From assembly GCA_036867785.1 (NCBI GenBank), contig CP145422.1:558001-622000 (forward strand): a stretch of DNA of 64,000 bases, in the 5' to 3' direction. Each line of letters begins with the position of its first letter. The first letter of the stretch is position 1. Of this stretch, positions 37,658 to 48,753 are shown in pieces. The stretch is from Plasmodiophora brassicae. Its lineage: Eukaryota. Under the pieces are notes generated by a model. The model was not told the origin of the DNA and searched no databases. It worked only from the letters and a program-made list of their open reading frames with translations. The position numbers were made by a program, and so were the translations under genes.

Positions 37658-40600
37658 ATGGGCGACGCTGCCATGGATGCCGGCGCGTTCAAGGCGCGCC
37701 TGGCGAAGCTGTATGCGCTATGGAAGGTCGGTGCCACGGTGGGACCATGGTGTGTCGGGCGTGCTGAATGTGGGCGCGCAGCGCGAACCGGAGTTGTTCG
37801 GCGGCGCCGATGTTCTGGTCGTCGTCAACGGGAAGGCCGACCCCGATGTCATATTCAGGAAGACGTTCGCGCTCCAGTTGTGGCTAACTGGTTATGAGTT
37901 GAACGACTGTGCGTTTCTGTTTACAAAGAATGCAATGCATGTGCTGTCAACGAAGAAGAAGAGTAACGATCGTGTGTTGCTTCGCTACAGCGCTCGACTG
38001 ATTATGATATGGCTGTAGTTTCAATGATGGGCGCTCTGGTGGAATCTTCTCCAGTCCCTTTGAAGTTGACGTCGCTGTCTAAGGATGCGAAAGAAATCCC
38101 TAGTCAGATCTCCTTGTTCCTGAAGGAGATTTCCGTGACTTCGTCGTCCAGTTCGGATGAGCGACAGGTCACTATCGGGATGATTGTGAAGGAGCCGCCG
38201 ACAGCGGGCCCTCTCGCGGGGATTCCTGACAAGATCAAAACCATTCCTGTACGTAGCTTGAAACGCGTCTGTGTTCGCTCCGTTTAATTGTTTCGGATCT
38301 GCAGAATTCAGCCATAGCTGATAGCGCTCTTGGATTTAGCACTGCCATGGCCTCTCGCGACGACAAAGAGTTGGACTTAGTTCGGAACGCAGCTGCTTGC
38401 TCGGATCTGGCTCTACAAAGTCAGATCTTGCCGACGATCGAGAGCAGTCTGGACGAAGGCGTTTCGGTGACTCACGAAAAACTTGCTGAGGATGCTGACC
38501 ATCTGTAAGGCGCTCGCCATTGGTGGGACCGTCTCCGCTAAGCTCTCTCATGTAACAGGTTCTCAGATGGGGACGAGGCGCAACTGTCGAAATTGTTCAA
38601 GGAGAACAAGCTCGACCTGGACGTCGGAGAAGTCGAATCCTGTTTCACGCCGATCGTCCAGTCTGGTGGCGAGTATAACTTGAAACCGTCTGCGTTCTCA
38701 AGTTCCGAGAGCCTGTCACCCGACTGCATTATTGTTGCCACCGGCATCAGATACAGCACCTACTGCAGCTCCGTTGCAAGAACGTACATGATCAATCCTG
38801 ACAAGAGCCTCGATACCGCATATAATGTCCTCCTTCAGGTGAGTACGTCTCGCAGCATGTATCTGTCTAGGTTCTAATCGTTGGTGTATAGGTGCGAGAT
38901 GCATGTTTGGAGACAATGCGAGTCGGTGCGAAAGCCTCGACTGTCTGGGCGGCTGCAACAACGGCAATCAAAGCGTCGCCTAAAGCATCGTCGCTTCTTC
39001 CCGTGTTCACTCGAAACTGCGGCTTCCTGACTGGCCAGGAGTACCGCGATTCGGCATTCATTTTGAATTCCCAGAACGAGAACCGTTTGCGCGCCAATAT
39101 GGTCTTCATTCTGAGCGTGGGGTTCAGCCAGCTGAAGTTCAAAGGCAAATCCGCCGCCTTGCTTCTTTCGGATACCGTTGTTGTCGTCGAATCCGGTATA
39201 CTCACGTATGTACTGTCGCGATAGCGTTCCCTGACGTTGCGCTTGCAAACCTAGGACCTGCCCAATTGTTGACGAAGAGCAAATGTAAGCTGAAAGACGT
39301 GTCATACTTCCTGGATGCCGAAGACGATGGTGTGGATGACGTTGATGTCGCTGCAATGATAATCGGTTTGACGCCTTGATGTCTGGGTTCGTCCATTAAT
39401 GTCTGACCAGACGCGATCAGATGGCGACAGCTCTGCAGGCCCGAGGACGCGTTCGTCTCGGGCAAGTATGGCGAACAAGGGCAGCGCGCAACAACAACAG
39501 GAAAAGGAAGAGAAACGGAAAAGGGCCCAGCAAGAACTTGCTGAGAGGAAGTTGCAACTGGCTGTGCAGAAGTACAGTACTGGCCAAGATCGAGAGATCG
39601 CGCCTAGCAGCGTTGAGCGAAGTCGGAACGCCGTGATCAAGGCGTACGCCACTGTTCGTGACTACCCCAGGGATGTGATCCCGAATCAGATCTACGTGGA
39701 TACGCAAGCTGAATGTGTGCTGTTCCCCGTCAATGGTCGCGTTCTTCCCGTTCACGTCACGTTCATCAAGAGTGTCACCAAGCACGAGCAAGGCGATTTC
39801 ACATATCTTCGTGTGAACCTTACAGCACCAGGCACCGCCCAGGCTGCCGCCGCCCTTCCGGTATCACGCAAGTTAACGTCTGAGGTTATCCCGAGTACTG
39901 ACGTGTGCCTGTAGGCTTACGCCGACCAGACGAAGGTGTTTATCAAAGAGCTGTCGTTCCGATCTGCTGATGAGCGGAACCTGAACAAGACGTTGCGGCT
40001 TGTTAAGGAACTTCACAAGAGAATAGCGCAACGCGAAAAGGAGCAAACGGACCGTGCGAGTCTCGTTATGCAAGCGCCGTTGAAGTTGAATCGTGATCCT
40101 CGGCACGACTTCAAGTTGCGCGACTTGCAGATGAGGCCGAGCATCGGCGGCAAGAAGGAGACTGTACGCTATGACGCCGGTTTGACGTTGACCGGTCCTC
40201 TAATTCCTTTCAGGGTACGCTTTCTACGCATGTCAACGGTCTCCTTTTCACGTCGCGGTCGACGAAACTGGAGTTCCTGTATTCAAATATCAAACATGCG
40301 TTCTTCCAGCCTTGCGATAACACCATCTCGGTGATCCTGCACTTTGAATTGCATAGTCCAATCATGTGCAATAAGAAGCGAACGAATGTGAGTCTGTACG
40401 TAAATGTAGGGTGCCCCAGTATGGCTGACACGTTTTCTACAGTTCGTACAAGTGTACGTCGATGTTATCGAGGCTTCGCAGGACGTTGGCGGCCAAAAGC
40501 GTGGCTACTATGATCGGGACGGGATTCAGGAGGAGCAGAACGAACGCATTCGCCGAAACCGGTTCAACGAGAAGTTCCGTGAATTTGCTCGTAACGTCGA

Positions 40601-41318
40601 GGATACAGTGGCGGCCCTTGACCCTGAACACAAGTTCGAGTTTGACATTCCGTACCGAGAAATCATGTTCCCTGGCGTTCCCAACAAGACCAATGTCAAC
40701 ATTATCCCCACTGTCCATGCCCTTGTCGCTCTCGACGACAACCCGCCATTCGTTATGTTCCTCGACGAGGTCGAGATTGCCTACTTCGAGCGGGTGCAGT
40801 TTTCCCTGAAGAACTTCGATCTCGTTTTCGTCTTCAAGGACTTCGACCGCCCTGTTGTGAAGATTCGATCGATCCCGCGCGAACACCTTGATTCCATTCA
40901 GCAGTACCTGACTGAGTCCGACATCGTCTACTACGTCGGCAAGGTTAACCTTCTATGGCCTTCCATTCTTAAGACTGTTAAGGAGGATGCCGCGTACTTC
41001 TTCACTGAACAAGGCGGCTGGGCATCCGTCCTGGGCGGTGAAACTGATGAAGATGAGGAGGAAGAACAGGAAAGCGAGTACGAGGAAGACGAGTCCGCCG
41101 AAAGTGAAGATGAGTCCAGCGAAGAGTACGAGAGCGCTGAAATGAGCGACGAGGAGGAGTCCGACTACGAAGACGAAGAAGAAGGGCCATCCTGGGAAGA
41201 GCTCGAAGAAGCCGCCATGCGCGAGGAACAGGAGAAGGTCGCCCGAACGGGGCGGAAACCCGACGACGACGATGACGAGGACCGTCGCCCATCAAAGAAG
41301 GCACGGTCTAGGAAGTAA
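37658..41318 (+). CDS. SPT16: FACT complex subunit SPT16, multi-exon
   Basis: ALQLWLTGYEL, CFTPIVQSGGEYNLKPSA, GIRYSTYCSSVARTYMINP, VLPVHVTFIKSV, YLRVN, IAYFERVQFSLKNFDLVFVFKDF, acidic tail. Confidence 0.96.
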
Positions 41319-41559
41319 AGCGTGTACTCCAGCGAGATCTTCCAACCAACCTGTCGCGTCCACAGCAAACACTGTGCTGCGGAAGACGCCCCTGGTAGGT
41401 ACTTGGCCGTACGTACCATGTTTGCTGCTGGGTGGGTCGGGTACGCCATCGACACAACCGCTGAGGTCCAGACCCGGGTCTATTGTTGGACTTGTGGCCA
41501 GTGCGCGGATCCCGGCCAGGTGCGTCGCTCCGCCCGTCATCGGCAGACGCGCGCGTGCC

Positions 41560-42762
41560 ATGTCGCTGTACTCGGACCTGCCGCCAGCGGCATCGGGCCC
41601 GTCGCCGGACCTGCAGCATGCCGTCGTCGTGGAGCCGTCGGCGCCTCCGTCGTCTTCCGGTTTGGCTACCACCTGTCGCGCCATCGTACGGCACGTGTAT
41701 TAACGGGAAACGGCCTGCAGCAGCCCCACAGCAGCAGCGGCAGCAGGAGCAGCAGCCAGAAGCGCGACAGCCTGTACAGCCGGTGCTGCTGATCCCGCAG
41801 AGGAATATCGTCAGGCAGAATGCGACGCCGTCCGTCAGGAAGAAGCCGATGCTGATGAAGCCGGTCAAGGCGGCGGCGCCGATCGTCAACCTGAAGGCGC
41901 CCGTTCCGCCTGTCGAGGCCCCGCGTCACCACGCAGAAGCCGACCACGAACAAGCACGCGCTGAAGACGAAGAGCGTCCATTCGTTGAGTACGACCCGTC
42001 CGTCCCGAACGAATACCTTCAGATCTGTCGAGAGCGACGCGCTGAACGGGAACGACAGCAACAGGAACGGGAGTTCAAGGAGCGGCAGCGTGCGGCCGCC
42101 CTGCAGCCGCCAGAGCCGCCTGCCATAACTGAAGCGGATCTGAAGATCTCGGGCGAGGACGCGTACGTGCGTCGTATGCGGATGAGCGGGATGGCGGCTG
42201 CCCCGCCGCGTCCTGAACGGTCGCCGTCCCCGTCACCGCCGCCACAACCGTCTAGCCAGCCGATTGCCAAGCAGAGCGTCGCTGAACGCCTCATGTAAGC
42301 GCAGTGCTGACGCGCCTGGGCAACACGGGTGCTGATTCGTTCGTGATCAGGGCCAAGATGGGCTGGTCCGCCGGTCAGGGGCTCGGCGCCCAGAACCAGG
42401 GCATTCCGCAGGCGCTGATGGCGACGAAATGCGTCAACGGGCACGTCGTTGTCGTGGAGCCGAAGAAGAAGCGGCATAAGCCGGTGCCGAGCGTCGTCGT
42501 CCTGGACAACATGGTCGGGGTCGGCGACGTCGACAGCGAACTCGAACGGGAGACCGCCGACGAGTGCACCAAGTTCGGCGACGTTCGCCGGTGCGTCGTG
42601 CATCAGGCCCGGGACCGCGTCCGGATCTTTGTCCAGTTCAACGGGGCGGATGCGGCCGGCAAGGCGGTCGAAGGGTTGCACGGCCGCGTCTTTGCCGGGC
42701 GGGCCGTCCGCGCCTCCGTCTACGACGCTGATGCGTTCGCCCAGGGCAACTACGAAATATAG
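41560..42762 (+). CDS. SPF45: Splicing factor 45 / RBM17-like (G-patch + UHM/RRM), 3 exons
   Basis: MSLYSDLP, EYDPSVPNEY, ISGEDAYVRRMRMSG, KMGWSAGQGLGAQNQGI, LDNMVGVG...ECTKFG...VRIFVQF...LHGRVFAGR. Confidence 0.92.
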
Positions 42763-42828
42763 CCGACGAGAGGCTGCCTGGTGGCGTGTCGCACGCTGTA
42801 TTGGGTCCACCGGGCGTGTCGGCGTGCA

Positions 42829-43089
42829 TCACGTGCGTCGCGTCACCCAGACGTAGATGGCGGCCAGCACCTGTGTGAACGGGACGTGCGGGTCTGGGAC
42901 GTTCGTTCCAGGAATGCAGTCCTGGTCGACGTAGTCGGCGAGTGTTGCTGGCATCGGCGGCGACACGGCGCCGCCCGACGCCGTCCAGGGTGTGGACCCA
43001 TCATCAGCATGTTCGGAGACGACGTTGTCGTGCGCCGCGATCTGGTCCTCCACGTGCTGGGCATTGGTCATCACGTTGAGGTTGGACAT
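42829..43089 (-). CDS. Possible small hypothetical protein
   Basis: ORF with coding-like GC3 between SPF45 and the PI-PLC gene. Confidence 0.3.
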   Translation of the reverse strand: MSNLNVMTNAQHVEDQIAAHDNVVSEHADDGSTPWTASGGAVSPPMPATLADYVDQDCIPGTNVPDPHVPFTQVLAAIYVWVTRRT

Positions 43090-43324
43090 CTCGGGTGTAG
43101 GTTTGAGTACGCCGGGCCAGTTTGGGTAGTGACGTCTCGATACAAGGGACGCCCGGAAACAGGGGTCGGCCTGGAAGCGTGTCAACACACATCACCCAGC
43201 GTGACCTGCGGGTCGTGCGTCTTTAGACGCCCTACCGAGATGACGCTAGCCCGTTTAGGCGACGCTGTGCCTCTCCGTGCACGGTCTGAAGGCACGATAT
43301 GTATTGGAACAGTACAGTCGGATA

Positions 43325-45802
43325 TTAAGCGCGGCCGCCAAGTCTATTGAGGTTGGCACTCAGACAGCGAGACACGAGCGCTGAATCCTCGGCCCAGTCA
43401 ACCTATGGGGTAAACAACGTCGTCAGTCGCTCCTGTCCGCAATGGACGCCCGATGACGCCGCCACACCATGATGATATTCAACGGCGGCCAGCTGTGCAT
43501 CCAGTCCAGAACCGATGGAGTGACAATTGAGGCGGACTCTCGCAGGGTCTTTGGCTGTTTGACATTCCAGTTAGAGCCCGGGAGCAGAGCGTGCAACGCG
43601 CGCGCGCGTACCGATTGGAATAGACCTCTTTCGATGACACCACTGTCCTCCGTGCAAATCCCTTGCAGGACGAACCATTTCGTCGCGTTGCGTCTTTCAA
43701 CGAATTCGTCCAGCCGCGGTCGAAGCCCACCGATCGTGGGCACATCTGCCCACGGTGAGTCCAGAACGACGTTCCGAGGCCATAACCAGGGTCGTTCCAG
43801 CATCAGTGGCCACGTCTCGTTGCAGTCCCGAAACACGATAATCTGTCGGCGTGTCTGCCATAAGGATTGCAGTGTGACGCGTTGGGCGGGGATGACGACT
43901 GGTGCAAGTCGATGCGAGAACGTTTGCTCCAGGTGGTCATACAGGGCCTGAAGTCTGGCCCTGTCGACGTCGAGAACGCGGACGAAGTCAACCAGGACGA
44001 CTTCATGCGGGTTCTCGTCGAGGAACTGGGCGATCTGTGCAATGGCATCGACGATGCGCCCGCCGATCAGCTCGTGCATTATGAACAAATCCTTGACAAG
44101 CGGGTCACTGTCGTCTCTGGCAACGGGCGGCACCGCGTGTGACCCAACCTACGCGCTGACATCAGCAACGAACACACAAAGTTGCCCCATAGAGCACCTG
44201 CCGTCACTCTCAGGTCCAGGTAGCGGATCCCAGAACGAAGCTGCTCGAGGATGGTGCGACCTTGAGCAATGGACCATCGGGCGGCGACCTGTTTGGCAAG
44301 GTGGCCGACGAGAGGAAGTCGGCTGATCGACTCCATATATGGAATGCCGTCGGGGGCGACAGGCGATTCATCAGTGATGGCGAACGAGCCGGCATCATGG
44401 GACCCGGGGATGGTCAGGTCGACCATGGGCACGTTGGCCACATACGCCCGCATGTCATGCATCCAGGACGAGGGCGCAATGTCCAGGTTATCGCCTGCAA
44501 GAACATGCAGCTTGCTGTGATGCAGGAACAATGCCAGAGCTCGTCCGCGAATGCCATCATTGACGAGGACCGGCAGGGTGAACGCGTCGATGACGGCAGA
44601 CGTGGATGCTGGTGCAGACCACGTGCCAGACGCCAGGCTGAACGCCGCGAATTGCAATTCACTGGACCATGGGCTGTGCATGATCGCGACGATCCTGGAT
44701 GCGAGGAGCGACAGCGCGACAGGCGCCTTGGTCTTGAACGGGAGCACCTTGGGATCGGCGAGCGTCCAGTCGCGAACTTGCAGTTGAGCATGGACGATGG
44801 ACATGTCCGACGCGCGCGGGTACACGATGTGCACGGTGGAGAACGCGACCTGCTCGTTCTGTCAGGCACGGCGACGCTGCAGTCGGGAGCAACTCGTATT
44901 ACCTCGATGGCAGGTGCCGCCCCAGCTGGTTCTGGGAACTTGGCGACCGGCATCCACATTCCAGCATCGTTTCGGACGGCGACCACGACCTGCCCGGATT
45001 GTTTCTCGACATACGCTATGACGACAAGCGTCTCCTGCCGGATTGCAATCGAGTGTTGTACGTCAGCAGGTGGCATTGATGATGGGAGAGCCTGTGGCAA
45101 CGACCACCAGGTTCCGTTACTCGACGATATGCTCTCGTACAGGATTCCCTCGACGTTATCAGTTAACACGATGATCAGCGACGACGACGACGACGACGAC
45201 GACGACAATTCGACAGGGGGGCGGTCGCTGCCGAGGCCATCGTCGAGCGAAACGCCAGAAGGCTTGGGCACTTCGGGAATGGGTCCCACCAGGATCAGGC
45301 CATCGCGATCGAGACGCATGAGAACGGGGGCGGCAGCGTATCCCGAAACGACAACGAACGATCCGACACCGATACTGGTTATCGACGATGCCATCATCGG
45401 CCAGGGCACTGGCACCGGCCTCCAATGGAAATTCGGTTGTGCCGTCGATCCCTCCCAGCTGCGCTTTGGCGAAGACGGGTGCGATCGTAGACCGCTGCAC
45501 AGCATGAACGCGCGACCACACGGTTCGCAACCGACGACGTGCGAGCAGGATGGCGATTGTTCCACACATAACGTATGCCGATCGTAACACGATCGACACG
45601 CCGCTGTGAAACGTTCCCGGTGCGAATCTCCTACCTGAGGCATGCGGCGATGAGCACCTGATTTCGATCGGGAGCGGACCACACGGCACTGTACCATAAG
45701 CGCCTGCTGGACGGCGAGGTTGGCGTCGTGGCAGTTCAGGCACGCGTTGTGGGCGGCAACACCCACGGCAACGGCCAGGGCGCCGATCACGACCTGGAAC
45801 AT
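43325..45802 (-). CDS. Secreted PI-PLC X-domain (PLCXD-like) phosphodiesterase with long N-terminal extension, multi-exon
   Basis: Signal peptide MFQVVIGALAVAVGVAA; Cys-rich segment; LTIPGSHDAGSF, AQGRTILEQLRSGIRYLDLRV, FLDENPHEVVLVDF, LNIIM|VD. Confidence 0.85.
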
Positions 45803-45984
45803 GATCGTGCGCCTGACGACGAGATTCCCATGTCGACGTCCGTGTCGACGAGAGGCACGCGCCAGGCCTGTCCCCACGGGACGCTCACGTGACCCGGCAG
45901 GCATCCTTCGTGCACGATGACCAAATGGCTGCGGCGGCATCGTGCATCGCCCCCCTCACAAACGACCCAACGCAAAACGATGCC

Positions 45985-45989
45985 AAAAA
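45985..45989 (-). terminator. Pol III oligo-T terminator of tRNA-Glu
   Basis: TTTTT on the minus strand about 18 nt after the tRNA 3' end. Confidence 0.6.
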
Positions 45990-46006
45990 TAGGTTCGCTG
46001 TTCTGA

Positions 46007-46079
46007 CTTCGGTACTGGGACTTGAACCCAGGTCTCCCGGGTGAGAGCCGGGTACACTGACCACCTATGCGATACCGAA
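46007..46079 (-). tRNA. tRNA-Glu (anticodon CTC)
   Basis: Minus strand TTCGGTA TC GCAT AGGTGGTCA GTGT A CCCGG CTCTCAC CCGGG AGAC CTGGG TTCAAGT CCCAG TACCGAA G forms a complete cloverleaf; B-box GGTTCAAGTCC. Confidence 0.93.
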
Positions 46080-46826
46080 CGCGTCGCTGGGACCCGGGCG
46101 CCGCGCAACAACTACGAACGCATCGACGCCGACGCCGGGCTGGACGGACACGTCGAACTGCGACGATTGCTCGACTTCCAGGCCGTGCCCGCGGACGAGG
46201 TCGGCGACGGACTCTGGCGTCAGGACGGGAAAGTCCTCCGACCCTGGGCCGTGATGGTGACCATGCGAATGTTCTTGGCTCTGATGATGGGAATGTCCAT
46301 GGCTGTGTCCGGCATCACCCGGGTTACGCTGCTTCGCCTTGAGGGCGGCGATCGTCGCACGCGTACGCTCACTGCGAACGAGTTCGAAGACGGCAATGCG
46401 ACCATCTTGGCGAAGCGTTCGACAGAGATGGCCGACAATTGTCGGGATGTGCTCTTCCTTGGCGTGGTGCAAGACGAATGATGACAGGACCACATCGAAA
46501 TCGCCGTTGACGTCGGACGCGTCTTCCTTAATCTGGTTGAGCGTTATGCGGGCGGCAAGGTCGCCATGGTCCTTGAGCTTGGCACGCAATTTATCCAGCA
46601 TGGCACGGGACACATCAACGCCAACAACTTGGGCGTCGTCGCGACGAGCCAATTCAATAGCATTCGTCCCGGTGCCACATCCGAAATCCAGGACAGCCAG
46701 ACCCGGGCGCCACCATGCTAGCGAGCGCAGCAATGACAGAACGCAATTCGAGGTGGCCTTGGCCAACGGGTTTTCGTCGTACCCGGCGGCCATGCTATCG
46801 CCCCATGATCCCGCCGACGAGGACAT
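46065..46826 (-). CDS. Class I SAM-dependent methyltransferase with His-rich insert
   Basis: VLDFGCGTG, VVGVDVSRAML, FDVVLSSFVLHH, LRQDGRIAVFE; GHSHGHSHHQSQEHSHGHHH; intronless. Confidence 0.88.
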   Translation of the reverse strand: MSSSAGSWGDSMAAGYDENPLAKATSNCVLSLLRSLAWWRPGLAVLDFGCGTGTNAIELARRDDAQVVGVDVSRAMLDKLRAKLKDHGDLAARITLNQIKEDASDVNGDFDVVLSSFVLHHAKEEHIPTIVGHLCRTLRQDGRIAVFELVRSERTRATIAALKAKQRNPGDAGHSHGHSHHQSQEHSHGHHHGPGSEDFPVLTPESVADLVRGHGLEVEQSSQFDVSVQPGVGVDAFVVVARRPGPSDAFGIA

Positions 46827-46986
46827 CGGTAGCGGTGACGGACGGGAAAAGATTTATGATGCGGTGTGCGTCGGGCGCTCCGTCATTGGCGGGCTCGGAA
46901 TGACACTGACACAGCCGTCTAGCGTAACGCTATGTAGGTAGCCGTCTTCCTCGGTCGAATCCGTCCCCCCTTTTTCCGATCCGCCC

Positions 46987-47220
46987 ATGGGCACCACAGA
47001 GTATTCCCGTTGGCCGTTGGAGTTCAAAATCTTCGTCCGGGACTTCCGAGGCAACCAGGCGGCTCCCATGGTCGTGCCAGCCTGGAAGGTACGTGTTCAT
47101 AACTACCATGACCTGGTGACACTGCAGGGCTGGGGAAACATTAGCGGATGGACCAAAGGGGACGCTGTGCTCGACGAGGAAGGCAATGTTACCTACCTGG
47201 TCGGAGACGCCCGTTGGTAA
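46987..47220 (+). CDS. Possible small hypothetical protein
   Basis: 77-aa ORF with a possible in-frame GTACGT...CAG intron. Confidence 0.3.
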   Translation: MGTTEYSRWPLEFKIFVRDFRGNQAAPMVVPAWKVRVHNYHDLVTLQGWGNISGWTKGDAVLDEEGNVTYLVGDARW

Positions 47221-47680
47221 CCTGAAGAAATACCTCATCGCCTCAGTATGAGCCTTCATTACCGCAGCTGACTGCACGGCTGTTCCACGTTGGCGTGCAT
47301 GGAGGTCTTCGGGTTCGCCACGACAGCAGCTGTATCCAATTCGACCGACGACCGGGGAAGACGGCTACCTGCGTACCGTATCTGTGCTACGCCAGACGGC
47401 TGTGCCAGCCGCTGGGTCTACACTGTATACGTGCATCGCAACATCAACGCAGAAGTAGTAATGTCAAGGGGTCGACATGGGTCGGGCGGGTAAGGGACCT
47501 GCCGAGTCGGGTCTGTCCCGGGTCGAGCCCTGAGGCCAACGGGTCTGACCCGGGTCGACCCGGGTCAGCATGAATGTCAGGCCACTGGCCGGGAAACACG
47601 TCCGGAGGACATGGAAAGTCCACGATGGTACTTTATAGATTATTTGTATTGTAAGAAGGACTGCAATTGGCAGATAGCAG

Positions 47681-48400
47681 TCACTGCATGCATGCTGTGT
47701 CGGTCAGGTGCGATCGGCGTTTGTTAATGTAGACCTCCGCCTTCGAGAACGCAACCTCGCTGGGAACCGAGGTTGAAGTCACCCCCATGAAGTCACGCGC
47801 CATCATCGCGACCCGGGATTCACTAGGAATTTTCCTTGCGAGATCGTCTGTGGGTGTTATCGAGAACGCAGTGAAACGGTCGTGCCTGTCACGAATGCGC
47901 CTCGGTAACTCTTCCAATGGCTTACGGATCCTCAGAATGCCGCTAGCCATCAAACAGGTGCTGTTCCACCTGGTCTCGACATTCAACGATGGCATAGTCG
48001 CCGGTACTTTGAGGTAGGAACAGAGGGCCTGCAGCACCTCCTGAAGTTTTGTTGAGTCGCAGATCTTCAGTAGTTCTCGAAACGTCCCAATCGCGACGTG
48101 CACGCTCTTACAGGATTTGATGCCTTCCTTAACCGCCAGCTGCAAGACATGCGCCATGCAAGGTAACTAATTAACATATTCAGCCACAGGGAAATCCACA
48201 TAATCGGAGTTGTCGCAATCGTCAGCAGTCTCAGACGGGACAGAGTACTGCTATTGTAAGGACTCGTTGATGCTGTCGACCATTGAACTGTTCGACGACG
48301 CATTGTCAGCAGTTATCGTCCATACGCTGGAGAGTACGCCAGGATCCATATCCACAACTACTTGGAGGAAGTGATGTGCCACTGCCAGCCGCTGCCTCGT
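47681..48400 (-). pseudogene. hAT transposase pseudogene
   Basis: Frameshifts and stops upstream of 48157; the region between RWNST and the hATC dimerisation motif is largely deleted. Confidence 0.85.
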
Positions 48401-48497
48401 GTGCGGGTACACCACGTCTGTGAACCGGGTCGACCCGGGTCCACCCGGGTCATGGGCGGGCGCGGCGGGTGTGACCCGGGTCGAGTGGGAACACCCA

Positions 48498-48563
48498 GGG
48501 TCGGGTCGGGTCGGGTCGGGTCGGGTCGGGTCGGGTCGGGTCGGGTCGGGTCGGATCGGGTCG
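48498..48563. repeat. (GGGTC)n pentamer array
   Basis: About 13 tandem GGGTC units just inside the hAT right end. Confidence 0.9.
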
Positions 48564-48647
48564 ACCCGCTCCCATCTCTACGGGCAGGAGTTTCATTTGG
48601 TGCTGAAGACGCAAATTAGGATTGTTGTCGCCTCCCGATCCGATTAG

Positions 48648-48673
48648 GCCCCCCCCCCCCCCCCCCCCCCCCC
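48648..48673. repeat. Poly-C tract
   Basis: About 26 consecutive C, 80 nt upstream of the LRR gene start. Confidence 0.9.
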
Positions 48674-48753
48674 TTTCCTTCAAGCCACTGACTGAACACA
48701 GGGACGGCATTTGCATACCAGGGCGCGTCCCGTGAACCAAACGAGTGGTCACA

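Larger units (their letters stand above)
47465..48580 (-). mobile_element. Degenerate, internally deleted hAT-superfamily DNA transposon
   Basis: Transposase remnants TITADNASSN, CMAHVLQLAV (CxxH), VETRWNST, TSTSVPSEVAFS; GGGTC/GACCC subterminal clusters at both sides; right end TAGAGATGGG on the minus strand; left end approximate. Confidence 0.88.

Noticed and set aside
44262-45587. 441-aa plus-strand ORF including a (GAC)n run
   Set aside because: Antisense to the PI-PLC gene, where the repeat encodes poly-Ser
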